DNA of 19,659 nucleotides from Anaerohalosphaeraceae bacterium. GTDB lineage: Bacteria; Planctomycetota; Phycisphaerae; Sedimentisphaerales; Anaerohalosphaeraceae. The stretch spans positions 1 to 19,659 of the forward strand of contig JBNRMN010000022.1 of assembly GCA_050309605.1 (NCBI GenBank), in the 5' to 3' direction. Below the pieces are notes generated by a model, which saw only the letters and a program-made list of their open reading frames with translations, made no database searches and had not been told where the DNA came from. The position numbers were made by a program, and so were the translations under genes. This document shows, one piece after another, positions 7,230 through 17,545 of the stretch (positions are counted from its first letter, which is position 1; every line of letters begins with the position of its first letter).

Positions 7230-8837
7230 TTATGTGTCAGGATCAAGGCTGTAATAGGCCATTAACTCGTTTAGTTCCTGCTTCATAGTGCGGATTGGTT
7301 TCTCGTACTCGGGATTTTCATACTCGCTTTTCATTTCCAGCGGGTCTTTTTTCAGATCATAAAATTCCCATTCGCCCTTTCCATAGAAATCAATCAGCTT
7401 GTACCGTTCGTTTCGAATACCCCGATGCCTTGCAACGCGATGAATCCCCTCTTCGTAATACGTGTAAAGAATGCTGCTGCGCCACTCTTCCGGACGCTCG
7501 CCCCTGAGCAGCGGCGCCAATGATTTGCCCTGGACGTGCTCAGGAACCTCGACGCCGGCGGCTTCGAGAAAGGTCGGCGCATAATCGATATTCTGTACCA
7601 TTTCTTCGCATTTGGAGCCGGGGCGTGTCACGCCGGGCCATTTGATGATGAGCGGGTTTCGCAGCGATTCTTCATACATCCATCGTTTGTCATACCAGCC
7701 GTGTTCACCATTATAAAACCCTTGATCCGAACTGTAAACAACAATCGTATTCTTATCAAGGTTGTTTATTTTGAGGTAATCGAGCACCCGGCCGATCGCT
7801 TCGTCCATGGCCTTGACACATCGTATGAAATCTTTGAGATAGGCCTGATATTTCCACCGGAGCAGATCATTGCCCTTTAATTTTTTGGCCTGAAATCGTT
7901 CATTTCGCGGTACGTAATAGGCATCCCATGCTTTCTTTTGTTCCGGAGTCATCCGTCTGAATTCTTCAAGGGTCGCCGGGTCCATGGAATTGGTTTTCGG
8001 GACGGCTTCCAGAATCGCCTTGACCGAAGTGGTCATCACCGGCGGCGTGACCTTGAGATCGGTTGCAATGTTCAGATGATCGCGGATCGTCATTTCCTGC
8101 TCCGACGCGGACGAGGTCCGTCCCTGGTAGTCATCAACGAGGTTGTCAGGCTCCGGAACATCCACCTCGTCAAGCAAGCTGAAATGCCGCGGGTCTGGCA
8201 TCCATGTCCGATGCGGCGCCTTGTGCCAACTGCAAAGAAAGAACGGCCTGGATTTGTCCCGTTTCTTATCCAGCCAGTCGATGGTCAGATCTCCAATGAT
8301 ATCGGTGCAATATCCCTGCTTTCTAACCGGGTCTGAAGAGCCTTTTACAATAAAATCGGGATTGTAATACATCCCCTGGCCCGGCAAGATTTTATAATCA
8401 TCAAATCCGGTTGGCAGAGAGCCTAAATGCCATTTACCTATCGCCGCGGTTTGATACCCTGCATTTTGCAATTCCTTGGCCACGGTCCATTGGTCGGCGT
8501 TGAATTGGTCATGGTTGGACCGGAAACCGTTGATATGGCTGTGTTTTCCGGTCAGAATGGAAGCCCGACTGGGTCCGCAAATGGAATTTCCGACAAAACT
8601 GTTCTCGAAAAGCATCCCCTCGGCAGCCAATCGGTCAATATTGGGGGTAATGTTGTGTTTTACGATGAACTCCTGCATCCTTGACGTATAAGCACCCAGC
8701 GTCTGCAGCGAATGGTCATCGGACAGAATCAAGAGGAAATTCGGCTTTTGAACGGCGGGCAAGGCGCCCGGTAAAATACGAGTGTAGCTGATGCCGGCGG
8801 CGCCGATGCATTTCAAGAATGTGCGACGGTTCATCAT
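7230..8837 (-). CDS. Tat-exported Cys-type sulfatase, N-acetylglucosamine-6-sulfatase-like (S1_11-like)
   Basis: NRRTFLK Tat motif; PNFLLILSDDH; ICGPSRASILTG (CxPxR); GKWHL; HKAPHRTW; SDQGFYNGEHGWYDKRWMYEES. A GGGAG RBS 7 nt upstream supports ATG 8837 over TTG 8951. Confidence 0.9.
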   Translation of the reverse strand: MMNRRTFLKCIGAAGISYTRILPGALPAVQKPNFLLILSDDHSLQTLGAYTSRMQEFIVKHNITPNIDRLAAEGMLFENSFVGNSICGPSRASILTGKHSHINGFRSNHDQFNADQWTVAKELQNAGYQTAAIGKWHLGSLPTGFDDYKILPGQGMYYNPDFIVKGSSDPVRKQGYCTDIIGDLTIDWLDKKRDKSRPFFLCSWHKAPHRTWMPDPRHFSLLDEVDVPEPDNLVDDYQGRTSSASEQEMTIRDHLNIATDLKVTPPVMTTSVKAILEAVPKTNSMDPATLEEFRRMTPEQKKAWDAYYVPRNERFQAKKLKGNDLLRWKYQAYLKDFIRCVKAMDEAIGRVLDYLKINNLDKNTIVVYSSDQGFYNGEHGWYDKRWMYEESLRNPLIIKWPGVTRPGSKCEEMVQNIDYAPTFLEAAGVEVPEHVQGKSLAPLLRGERPEEWRSSILYTYYEEGIHRVARHRGIRNERYKLIDFYGKGEWEFYDLKKDPLEMKSEYENPEYEKPIRTMKQELNELMAYYSLDPDT

Positions 8838-9028
8838 GTTGGCTCTCCCGAAAAAGTCGGACACAGCGACGTCGTTAAAACCCTGAACAATCGTTGACTG
8901 GACGGTTTCAAGTCTGGGCAAAATAGACATTACCGACAATGCCCGCTTCAATTTCCATGACCATATTCTGTGCCACCCATGTAGAACGACGTTGGGTTCC
9001 CAACTGGACTATCTATGTATTTTTATTG

Positions 9029-10396
9029 TCATGGCACCAAAACCTCAGTGTTCAGAGGAATTTCGTCACGAAGCAACTTGCCGGCTTGTCCCGCCAACTG
9101 CAGGTAAAAATCGCTCGGAAGTCCTTGCAGTGTCAGGAATTTTGCCCCACCGGTAGAGGGAGGATTATTGGAAACCTTGAAAATGGCCGTAGCTTCATCG
9201 ACTTCATCAAACATTGCGATATAGAGCATATCAGCACCAGCTTTTTTAATTGCTACCACCTGCGACCAAAGGAATTGACCACCGAGTCGTGGAATATGAT
9301 CAAATCTGCCCCCCATAAGATTGTACCAGCTAAACCCCGGGAAGACGACCGGCATATAATCGATATTATGCTCTTTGGCCCAGGCAATATCCGGCTCCCA
9401 GTATTTTTTGGCGTGGTTCTGAACCCCCGACAGACCACCGAAACGGCCCACACTCCAGGGACTGAGAACATCGGCCATCAGCAGAACGCGGTGGAGATCG
9501 GGATTCTGGAGGGCATCATTATCTTGCTGGCGCCATCCTGTTGCAATTCCAAGCACAATACTGCATCCATCCTTTTTAAATTGTTTAATCAGCGCCTCGC
9601 ACTCCTGAAACCCCGGACGTGGCTTGATTTTATCGTTAAAGCCGACACCCCAGACCGCCACCAAGGGCTTTTCATTGTGGTGTTGATAGGCAGCATCTTC
9701 TGTGATATGCATTTTGTCACGCAGCATACGCCAGTCATCAAACACCTTAATGATATCTTCATTCGGAATCCCGGTAAGGTCATACATAACGGCGTAGGTT
9801 CGTCCATAGCGATTTGCCCCTTCCCTCGCACTGGACAAAACTTTATCCTTGTGATATCGCTTATCTTCATCGCGAAGGCGTTCAGCGAATCGCTGCACAA
9901 ACGCTCCGTCAATGCCATAATCGCGCATCCATTTGAAATGGCGAACCACAGTTTTGCGATTATGCGAACTAAAAACCTTGGCGGGTGTTCCATCCGCGTG
10001 AGTAAAAACAGTGGTATAGAGTTCATCATCATCGTATTCAGAAACATCCGGCCACATATCGACGGCAATATTATTCGGCTCAAAAGGTCTGCCAAGGTCT
10101 TTGGCCCAATGCGTCCAGCCGAGATTTGCGCCATCGCCCGGACAGTTAAACCAGCCCTGGTAACCGGTCATCACTTTGCCTTTCAGCGTACTCGGATCGG
10201 CCGCACGAACGGAAGGTCCCTCATAGGGCCTGAGTACATTTTCACGCTGGGCCGCAACAACCACTGATAGGTGCGACACGCAGATTACCATCAGAATCCG
10301 GAGTCCGATGTTCATGAGTATCGAATTACAGAATCCGACGGCTTTGAAAACAGCACGTCTGATTAATGCCTGACTGAAAGAGTACATACGTATCAA
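9029..10396 (-). CDS. Glycoside hydrolase, GH71/GH99-like TIM barrel
   Basis: Motifs VMTGYQGWF, HFKWMRDYGIDGAFVQRF, YAVMYDL, SPWSVGR, PVVFPGFSW and AMFDEVDE, plus a hydrophobic signal-like segment. The start is uncertain: TTG 10396 overlapping the upstream stop, ATG 10387, or ATG 10315. Confidence 0.82.
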   Translation of the reverse strand: MIRMYSFSQALIRRAVFKAVGFCNSILMNIGLRILMVICVSHLSVVVAAQRENVLRPYEGPSVRAADPSTLKGKVMTGYQGWFNCPGDGANLGWTHWAKDLGRPFEPNNIAVDMWPDVSEYDDDELYTTVFTHADGTPAKVFSSHNRKTVVRHFKWMRDYGIDGAFVQRFAERLRDEDKRYHKDKVLSSAREGANRYGRTYAVMYDLTGIPNEDIIKVFDDWRMLRDKMHITEDAAYQHHNEKPLVAVWGVGFNDKIKPRPGFQECEALIKQFKKDGCSIVLGIATGWRQQDNDALQNPDLHRVLLMADVLSPWSVGRFGGLSGVQNHAKKYWEPDIAWAKEHNIDYMPVVFPGFSWYNLMGGRFDHIPRLGGQFLWSQVVAIKKAGADMLYIAMFDEVDEATAIFKVSNNPPSTGGAKFLTLQGLPSDFYLQLAGQAGKLLRDEIPLNTEVLVP

Positions 10397-12903
10397 TGCC
10401 TCCGAAGTTGCCGAATTTGTTGTTCAATCAAGTTGACCTCTGAGATTTTTTTTGTTCGCGGGTTGACGCGCAGCGTCTTGATCTCGAAAGGCGCCAGAGA
10501 GACCTTTGTTTTTATTGAAAACACAGGTATTGAAAGGATTGCGTTTCTTTTTGTTCCGGTCGGCTCAAAAAGACGTATGATGATGTCATTACCGGATTCA
10601 GCTTTTTTAACCGCAGTTACCTGAATGACCGCGTCATTAAGCACAACAGTCGGCTTGGGCATTTGTCCTGTGCCGGGGGGAAAGTAGGACAGGGCAAAGG
10701 GACGTTCATTTTTCACCAACGCTTCGGTTTCAACGGCATCCAGGCGCTCGCCGAGCGGACCGGCATTGATCCAAAACTGAAACTCTCTAAACCCCTGATC
10801 TATCCGCTCAATAAATCGGTCGTTTGGAATATCGAATTTGCCATCGGCATCGGGATGGGCGGCATAAGCAGGGGACCTCAGGAGCGTTAAGCGTAAAAGA
10901 CCTGATTTGAAATCGGATGCATACGTGCCGTTATTGATACAGGTCAACGCCTTGTTTTCGTTTTCAGATACGACGGCGGACCATTTTTGACAAACCGATT
11001 CATTTCCATTAACCGGCAATGGCTGCCGACCATAGGCGACCTGGCCCAGGTAGTTCTGAGACCTGCCTTTTACCGGGACAGCCAGTTTCAACACGGTGTC
11101 CTTTTCATTCCAGTAAACGCGGAGATGGACCTCAATTTCCGTTCCCGTTTTGGGCAGTTTGTATTGCATGCAGACCCGTGAGTTGCGGTATTTGAAAAAA
11201 GCCTCGACAATACTTCTTACCGGGCCGTCCTCGATGATTCTGATCGGAGCAAGATCACGGCGATGAGCGCCTGAGAATGTTGCGCTTTCGGTGTGTGACA
11301 TAAGCCTGAAAGGATTTGCCTTTCCATGATATCGCGTTTCAAGCATATTCCAGGAATCCAGGTTGTCTTTGAGTGCAAGCAACTGAAAAGAGCCGTTGTG
11401 CAGGTATTCCACCCCGTTGACCCGGTAACTGTCCACCCAACCGGTCTGGCAATTGATGACGACCTGAAGAGGTTCTGTTTTGAAATGAATTTTGCCGTTT
11501 TTGATGTCAAGCAGAGGATCGGGCTTGTGATCAACGAGGACGGGCTTACCGTCAAATCGATTGATCTGCCCGGGCTTTAACGTCGCTCTAAAAGCGATTC
11601 GTTTGCGCCATTCCATCGAGACATTGGACAGTTCTTTTTCGACTTGAGAGGGAATCGGCTTGCCGTTTTGATAGACTTGGATGTCCGCAAACGTGTCTTT
11701 TTTCTTAAAATCGGCCAGATTGAATTCACACTCAATAATTTCAGAGGTCGGCACCGGATGATGATTCAAGACCATAATCGGGATGTTGCCGGCGGAGGCC
11801 TTTTTTTGCCCCGAAGCCATCGCAAAAAATGCTCTGACCTTCAGGCGGGACAAGATTTGCAGGCCGCAGCCGATCTGCTGCAAGGCCTCTTCTTCGACCG
11901 GGCGAATGGATGAACCGGGCAGAATGTCGTGAAACTGAATGGTCATTAGGTGACAGAGGGCCTCTTTCATCAGGTCAACGGGATAGTCCATCAACCCGTT
12001 GGCCATGGCGCTTGTCAGAATTTTCTCTGTGGCGTAATATTCATTTTCCAACAGTCTGTGTTTTTGCTTGATCTGTATTTGAGATGCGTAACATCCGATC
12101 GCCCATGGGTTCAAATCATCCGCATGTTCGGGCAGTCGGCTGCTTTTTTTCTTTAGCTCCTTAAAATAGGATTCCGGCGTCGAATGCCTGATCTTCATTT
12201 CCCGCTGCTCGGCAATAAGCTGATTGACGGCCTGAACGTCCATTTTGGACGGCCCTCCGCCGTGATTGCCGACGCCCCAAAGGATCGCCATCGGATTGCG
12301 TTCAGGGTCGCTGTGGATCCGTTGAGAGATCATGGGAGCGGCTTGGCCAAGAGGCGTATTGTACCAACCGGGGAAACGTGTTGCCGTCACACTGGAGTGG
12401 TCATATCCAATCCACTTAAAATCGTCGGCAGGCAGATCAAGCCACCGCCGGTCCGGCCTGCCAAAAAGATAAGCGTCATACCCGCTTTTGGCCAGAATCT
12501 GAACAAGTCCCCGCGTATGCCCGAAGGGATCAAAGTTAATCGCGGTGGTCGGCTCCACGCCAAAATACTGCTGAAAATACTGTTTGCCCAGGAGGATTTG
12601 CCTGACAAAGGACTCGCCGGACGGCATGTTGCAGTCAGGCTGAAGGTACCAGCCCCCCATGATATGCCATTTGCCCTTCGTGACGAGTTTCTGGATTCGC
12701 TTAAACAGTTCCGGGGCATACTCCTGAATCCACTGGTACAGAATCGCTTCATTGTGATTAAAAATGAAGGTCTCATTCGCTTCACAAAGTTCTGCTGCGG
12801 TTCTAAAGGTGGAGATCGCCTCGGCGGCCCCTTCCGGCCACTGCCACAGCCAGACCGGATCGAGATGCGCGTTACAAATCAGATGAATATCACGTTTGCT
12901 CAT
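10393..12903 (-). CDS. Alpha-mannosidase, family GH38
   Basis: Zn-binding NAHLDPVWLW, nucleophile motif DPFGH, GVGNHGGGP, QFHDILPGS and C-terminal LRLTLLRSP. There is no signal peptide. Confidence 0.93.
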   Translation of the reverse strand: MSKRDIHLICNAHLDPVWLWQWPEGAAEAISTFRTAAELCEANETFIFNHNEAILYQWIQEYAPELFKRIQKLVTKGKWHIMGGWYLQPDCNMPSGESFVRQILLGKQYFQQYFGVEPTTAINFDPFGHTRGLVQILAKSGYDAYLFGRPDRRWLDLPADDFKWIGYDHSSVTATRFPGWYNTPLGQAAPMISQRIHSDPERNPMAILWGVGNHGGGPSKMDVQAVNQLIAEQREMKIRHSTPESYFKELKKKSSRLPEHADDLNPWAIGCYASQIQIKQKHRLLENEYYATEKILTSAMANGLMDYPVDLMKEALCHLMTIQFHDILPGSSIRPVEEEALQQIGCGLQILSRLKVRAFFAMASGQKKASAGNIPIMVLNHHPVPTSEIIECEFNLADFKKKDTFADIQVYQNGKPIPSQVEKELSNVSMEWRKRIAFRATLKPGQINRFDGKPVLVDHKPDPLLDIKNGKIHFKTEPLQVVINCQTGWVDSYRVNGVEYLHNGSFQLLALKDNLDSWNMLETRYHGKANPFRLMSHTESATFSGAHRRDLAPIRIIEDGPVRSIVEAFFKYRNSRVCMQYKLPKTGTEIEVHLRVYWNEKDTVLKLAVPVKGRSQNYLGQVAYGRQPLPVNGNESVCQKWSAVVSENENKALTCINNGTYASDFKSGLLRLTLLRSPAYAAHPDADGKFDIPNDRFIERIDQGFREFQFWINAGPLGERLDAVETEALVKNERPFALSYFPPGTGQMPKPTVVLNDAVIQVTAVKKAESGNDIIIRLFEPTGTKRNAILSIPVFSIKTKVSLAPFEIKTLRVNPRTKKISEVNLIEQQIRQLRRH

Positions 12904-12951
12904 TGAAATACCTTGTTTGCAATTAAGATGTCCGTCGGCACGTTGGCATGC

Positions 12952-14562
12952 TCAGACCAATTTTCTCCTGCTGATTCCTTCAACGTGTTTTGAGCCGGTC
13001 TTGTGCAGCCACTCCAGAAGACATCTGCGGAGTTCTTCTGTTTTCTCCGCATAGTGAGATTTGTTCGGGTTGCTGCCGATCAGGTTATTCATTTCATAAG
13101 GATCGGTATTGAGATCATATAACGCATTTAGAACCGTTGAGGTCTCGGTGCAGGGAATCATCATTTTCCAGCCGTCTTTGACAATCATATAATTGGATTC
13201 AGTATCCCCGCGCCACAGCCATTCGGCCACGGCATACCGGCCCTGCACGCCATCTGTTCCCTCAATCAAACCGCGAAGACTCTCCCCATCGGAGGGGTGT
13301 TTTTCAACGCCCATATAATCAAGAATCGTCGCAAACAAATCTATCAGAGAAACAGGCGCCTCGACTACGGTGTTGCTTTTGATACGGCTGGGGAACCGAA
13401 CAAGCAGCGGCACATGCGCCGATTCTTCATAGAATACATTCTTTTCCCGCATGCCGTGCGCCCCCAGCATTTCGCCATGGTCGCTGGTAAAAATAACCAT
13501 GGTGTTCTCGGTCAAGCCGTGCTTATCCAATGTCTGCAAAATCTCACCGACCCAATCATCGATTTCTTTGACCAATCCGTAATAGTTTGAAATCATATAT
13601 CTGATCTTGTCCTTATCCCGGTATTCCGATAGATGCCGCCTGCCGTTTGTGCCGGCATACGGACTGTTGGACATATCATCATGGATACTGGCCGGGGGAT
13701 CAATCGCTTCCGGCGGATACATTCCGTAGTATGGCCGGGTCGGAGTCATCGGCGAGTGCGGAAAATGAAACGAGCAGGTGATGCTGAACGGTTGATCTTT
13801 GAGACGCTCAATGGCTTCGATGGTTTGCCGCGCCTGAAACGCGGTGATGGAGTGCCGACTCGACATCAGCAATTCACCATGCTGGTCGGGCTGGACAACG
13901 CCAATGTCTTTTGCTTCCAGTTCGGCCGGAGACATTCCATGATAGCGATCAATCGGATCCGTCCGGTAAGGCCGTTGCGAGATATTTTCGTAAAACTCAC
14001 CGATTTTCAGCTCACGTCGGGGAACGTGCTGATTCAGATAATCGCGATACATGTATGTCTGGCCGCCGGGGCCGAAGATCGACAGGCCGTTGCGGGCGGT
14101 TTGCACCGGATTTTGGTAACACTCGGCACGCGCCGACAAACTGTGCCATTTGCCGTAATATTCACAACGATAGCCTTGCTCTGTTAATATCTCATCGAAG
14201 GTCGGTTGGGTCATCAACCCGTCTTGTTCGGGAGTGTATGCATAATCGTTCCGTGTCATGCCGGTGTTTTCCACCGTATGGCCGGTCAGAACAACAGAGC
14301 GCGCAGGACAGCAAACCGCACAGGGCGTATAGGCATGCTTAAAGAAAGCGCCGTGTCGGGCCAACCGGTCAAGGGTCGGTGTTTGCAGGACGGTGTTGCC
14401 GGCGATGCTCAGGGCATCCCAACGCTGCTGATCGGTCATGATAAACAACAGATTCGGTTTCTTTGTTTTTGCCGGTGTGTGGGCTAAAAGAGAAGGGCAG
14501 GCCATCATGCCGCTCACACCCAGTCCTGCCATTTTAACAAAATCTCGCCGTGTTGACTTCAT
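12952..14562 (-). CDS. Tat-exported Cys-type sulfatase
   Basis: MKSTRRDFVK Tat signal; PNLLFIMTDQQR; CCPARSVVLTG (CxPxR); GKWH; FHFPHSP; TSDHGEMLGAHG; LYDLNTDPYE. Confidence 0.92.
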   Translation of the reverse strand: MKSTRRDFVKMAGLGVSGMMACPSLLAHTPAKTKKPNLLFIMTDQQRWDALSIAGNTVLQTPTLDRLARHGAFFKHAYTPCAVCCPARSVVLTGHTVENTGMTRNDYAYTPEQDGLMTQPTFDEILTEQGYRCEYYGKWHSLSARAECYQNPVQTARNGLSIFGPGGQTYMYRDYLNQHVPRRELKIGEFYENISQRPYRTDPIDRYHGMSPAELEAKDIGVVQPDQHGELLMSSRHSITAFQARQTIEAIERLKDQPFSITCSFHFPHSPMTPTRPYYGMYPPEAIDPPASIHDDMSNSPYAGTNGRRHLSEYRDKDKIRYMISNYYGLVKEIDDWVGEILQTLDKHGLTENTMVIFTSDHGEMLGAHGMREKNVFYEESAHVPLLVRFPSRIKSNTVVEAPVSLIDLFATILDYMGVEKHPSDGESLRGLIEGTDGVQGRYAVAEWLWRGDTESNYMIVKDGWKMMIPCTETSTVLNALYDLNTDPYEMNNLIGSNPNKSHYAEKTEELRRCLLEWLHKTGSKHVEGISRRKLV

Positions 14563-14604
14563 AATATAACCTGCTTTCTTAAGGCGTTAAAAAGGATCAC
14601 GCAA

Positions 14605-16149
14605 CTATCGACTTGCTTGAACTTGTTTGATTCGATCCAGCTCATCGGCCAGACGTTTGGCAATTTCAGGGTGACTGTCGTAGAGATTGACGGTTTCTGA
14701 GGGATCCTCGGCCAGATCATACAATTGCGGCCGGCCTGTTTGATCGCCTTGAGCGGTGGCGTTGTCAATGTACTTCCAGTTGCCTTTACGCAGGGCCAGT
14801 CGTCCCCTGACGTCGGACATCACAATTGATTGACGGCCCTGTTTTGTCTCGGACTGCGTTAAAGAAGACAAAAAACTGAAACTGTCGGGCGCTATCGCTT
14901 TAGATGCGGGCAGTTTGCCGTCCGTGATTTCACAGACCGTGGCAAAAATATCCATGATGCTGACCAGGTCGTTGGACACCGTGGCCGGTTTGACTTTTCC
15001 GGGCCAGGAAACCATAAACGGGACACGCGTTCCCCCCTCCCAAATGGTATGTTTGTCGCCGCGCAGAGGGCCGTTGATTTTCAGACCATGCGCGATCGCC
15101 TGATTTTCAGGTCTTTCCGAATCGTTTTCAGGAATGTCCCCGCCATTGTCGCTGGCAAAAATGATGATCGTATTATCCATCAAATTCATATACTTCAATG
15201 TTTCGGTGATTTGCCCGACAGCCCTGTCCAGGTCCTGAATAAAATCGCCATACGGCCCGGCATCGCTCATCCCCCTCATCTGATCGGATGGCGTGATCGG
15301 ATGATGTACCGCCACCGCGGCATAATACAGAAAAAAAGGCTTGTCCCTGCGTTGCTGTCTTAACCACTCAACGGACTTGTTCGTCAAGTCTTCCATTACT
15401 TTTTTGTTTTCACGCTGCGGAGCGTCAAGGCCCACGTAGGGCGAGCCGTAGAATGTCTTTGAATAGGGCTGCACCCGGTCGCTTCGCAGGCCATAGACGC
15501 GGTCATTTTCGACATAGACGCCCCACATGTCGCCGTGATTTTGGGGCACGCCGAAATGATAATCAAACCCCAGATCAAGCGGGCCGGGCGTCAATCTGGC
15601 CGTTAAATCCACGGGGGTCTTGTTGCCGTACCCCAGGTGCCATTTACCAATGGCCGCCGTATTGTAACCCCGTTCTTTGAGCCAATCGGCAATCGTCATC
15701 CTGTCCGGATCCGGCAGCAACGGATCCAGCGGATTGACCACCCCGGACTTGAGGTGGGTGCGCCACGTATATTGTCCGGTGATAAAACTGTATCGCGTCG
15801 GTGTACAGATCGAGGCGGGGGCATAGGCGTCTGTAAAACGCATTCCGGTATTGGCGATGCGATCAATGTGTGGGGTACGCAGATGCTTTTTATCCGCTCC
15901 GTAGCAATTCAGACTGCCGTAGCCCAGATCGTCGGCAAGAATAAACACGATATTGGGTCTGGACGCCGGAGGCGGGGATTCGTCCGCTGGAGAAGTCAAT
16001 GAACGCGCCGCAATCGCCATATCAGTCGATACACTCGTCATCGCCGCGGCGGCAATGGCTTTGACAAATGATCGCCGTGTCAGATTGCTGCAATATGCGG
16101 ACTTAACGCCATGTATTGATCTCATTATCTGACTCCTCAGTGTCTGCAT
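14605..16149 (-). CDS. Tat-exported Cys-type arylsulfatase
   Basis: TRRSFVK Tat motif; PNIVFILADDLGYG; ICTPTRYSFITG; GKWHLG; ASDNGG; KHTIWEGGTRVPF; LYDLAEDPSE. The start could be 16149 or 16125. Confidence 0.92.
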   Translation of the reverse strand: MQTLRSQIMRSIHGVKSAYCSNLTRRSFVKAIAAAAMTSVSTDMAIAARSLTSPADESPPPASRPNIVFILADDLGYGSLNCYGADKKHLRTPHIDRIANTGMRFTDAYAPASICTPTRYSFITGQYTWRTHLKSGVVNPLDPLLPDPDRMTIADWLKERGYNTAAIGKWHLGYGNKTPVDLTARLTPGPLDLGFDYHFGVPQNHGDMWGVYVENDRVYGLRSDRVQPYSKTFYGSPYVGLDAPQRENKKVMEDLTNKSVEWLRQQRRDKPFFLYYAAVAVHHPITPSDQMRGMSDAGPYGDFIQDLDRAVGQITETLKYMNLMDNTIIIFASDNGGDIPENDSERPENQAIAHGLKINGPLRGDKHTIWEGGTRVPFMVSWPGKVKPATVSNDLVSIMDIFATVCEITDGKLPASKAIAPDSFSFLSSLTQSETKQGRQSIVMSDVRGRLALRKGNWKYIDNATAQGDQTGRPQLYDLAEDPSETVNLYDSHPEIAKRLADELDRIKQVQASR

Positions 16150-16213
16150 TCAATAATCACAACAGAAGAATATAAGAGCCGCATCGTTTTTCGAATTATG
16201 CATCAAACGAGGC

Positions 16214-17383
16214 TTAGTGGTCTCCAAAGACCTCTTCTTTCAAGATATCCAAATATAAGCAGCCGTAATCCACGTAGGTCTGGCCACCGGTGTAGTATGT
16301 GCCGCTGTCAGAATTATCGGTGCGGCTCGGTGACGCTGTTCCGGCCGTTGCCTCGACCTGGGTGTCTTCATACCATTCGTTAAAACTGGTCACCATGATG
16401 ATATTGTCGGCGGACGGATCCATATTGGGCAGGGCCGCCTGACGGATCATTTCGCGAAAAATGTCGCCTTCCTTTGAGTTTTCTCTATCGCTAAAATAGC
16501 GTGCCCTGCCGGGATGTCCCTGTCGAACCGCCCTGTCGTTGTAGCCGGGGGCAATGGCCGGCATAAAAGCCGCCCCCACCGAATTGGCCGCCAGCCTGGC
16601 TTGCTGATAATTCTGTGCAAGAAACTCGACCGCTTTGTGTGTGCCGCCCAGCGGCTTGATGGATTGGCCGTACACATCATAGACGGTGATGGCATCGAAT
16701 GGTTTGGCCCATTCGGCTTTATAATCTCCCGACCCCTCGATTTGAAAGACATCATCGCCGACCAGATAGATTTCCGGGAACGTTTGACGCATTTCGTTGA
16801 GGACATCATGACCTCGATTGCGGAAGTACACCCGTGACAGATAAACAAAAATGACGGGGCGTCCGTCAATTTTCAAATAACGCGGGTCTTCGAAATAGGT
16901 GTCCTTAAGATAGTCCAAATCAGGGATCCAGGCACGGTAATCGGGGTTTTGAAAACGCCCGAAACGTCCGGTGCTTTCATAGAGAATTGCATATTTTAAT
17001 TGTGAGGCGTTCGGATGCGACAGAATATGATCCTTGAAAACGAGGTCGGTAAAACTGCCCGGCCCCCACCAGCTGACCGCCCAGAATGAAACGCCGCCGC
17101 GAAGGCTTTGTTCAATATGCTCGGCGATCACCTCCGGGTCCCTGGAATCATACAAGCCGCTTTTGGGTTTCTGCGGTTCTTCAAGGAGCAGCCGCATGGC
17201 CTGCTGCCACTGGCGACCCGGCCCTTTATACCAGGGATAATAATAGACACCGACACAAGGCGGTGCTGAGTTCTGCGAAAAACCCCCATCCACAGACCGT
17301 TCCGTTTCAGTCATATGCTTTGCACAAACCCATGAACAGGCCAATCCCCACACAATCAGCAAAAAAAGACATTTTTGTTTCAT
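16214..17383 (-). CDS. Secreted GH99-like endo-alpha-mannosidase/mannanase
   Basis: Sec-type signal peptide; VGVYYYPWY; YDSRDPEVI; VSWWG; PGYND; TSFNEWYEDTQVE, matching the GH99 catalytic SFNEWxE motif. Confidence 0.85.
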   Translation of the reverse strand: MKQKCLFLLIVWGLACSWVCAKHMTETERSVDGGFSQNSAPPCVGVYYYPWYKGPGRQWQQAMRLLLEEPQKPKSGLYDSRDPEVIAEHIEQSLRGGVSFWAVSWWGPGSFTDLVFKDHILSHPNASQLKYAILYESTGRFGRFQNPDYRAWIPDLDYLKDTYFEDPRYLKIDGRPVIFVYLSRVYFRNRGHDVLNEMRQTFPEIYLVGDDVFQIEGSGDYKAEWAKPFDAITVYDVYGQSIKPLGGTHKAVEFLAQNYQQARLAANSVGAAFMPAIAPGYNDRAVRQGHPGRARYFSDRENSKEGDIFREMIRQAALPNMDPSADNIIMVTSFNEWYEDTQVEATAGTASPSRTDNSDSGTYYTGGQTYVDYGCLYLDILKEEVFGDH

Positions 17384-17414
17384 CCGCTTCTCTTTTCTTC
17401 ATTGAGTTGCATAC

Positions 17415-17443
17415 AGAATAGCCGCTTCAACCCCATTGGTCAA
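17415..17443 (-). promoter_or_regulatory. Putative sigma70 promoter ahead of the GH99-like gene
   Basis: On the minus strand: TTGACC (17443-17438), 17-bp spacer, TATTCT (17420-17415), 31 bp before ATG 17383, preceded by an AT-rich stretch. Confidence 0.65.
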
Positions 17444-17545
17444 GCAATAGAAGTTATATTCTTGATGATTGTTTAAAAGTTGTATTTACTTTTCATCATA
17501 AGCAAGAGCCAAATTCTCATATTTCGCGATCCCATGCAGTGCCAA

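Noticed and set aside
8939..10267. 442-aa plus-strand ORF
   Set aside because: It is the codon-aligned antisense shadow of the GH71/99-like gene. It stays open because the real gene avoids TTA, CTA and TCA, and it has no recognisable motifs.
12184..12906. 240-aa plus-strand ORF and the many other small nested or antisense ORFs
   Set aside because: All overlap well-supported genes and show no independent motifs.
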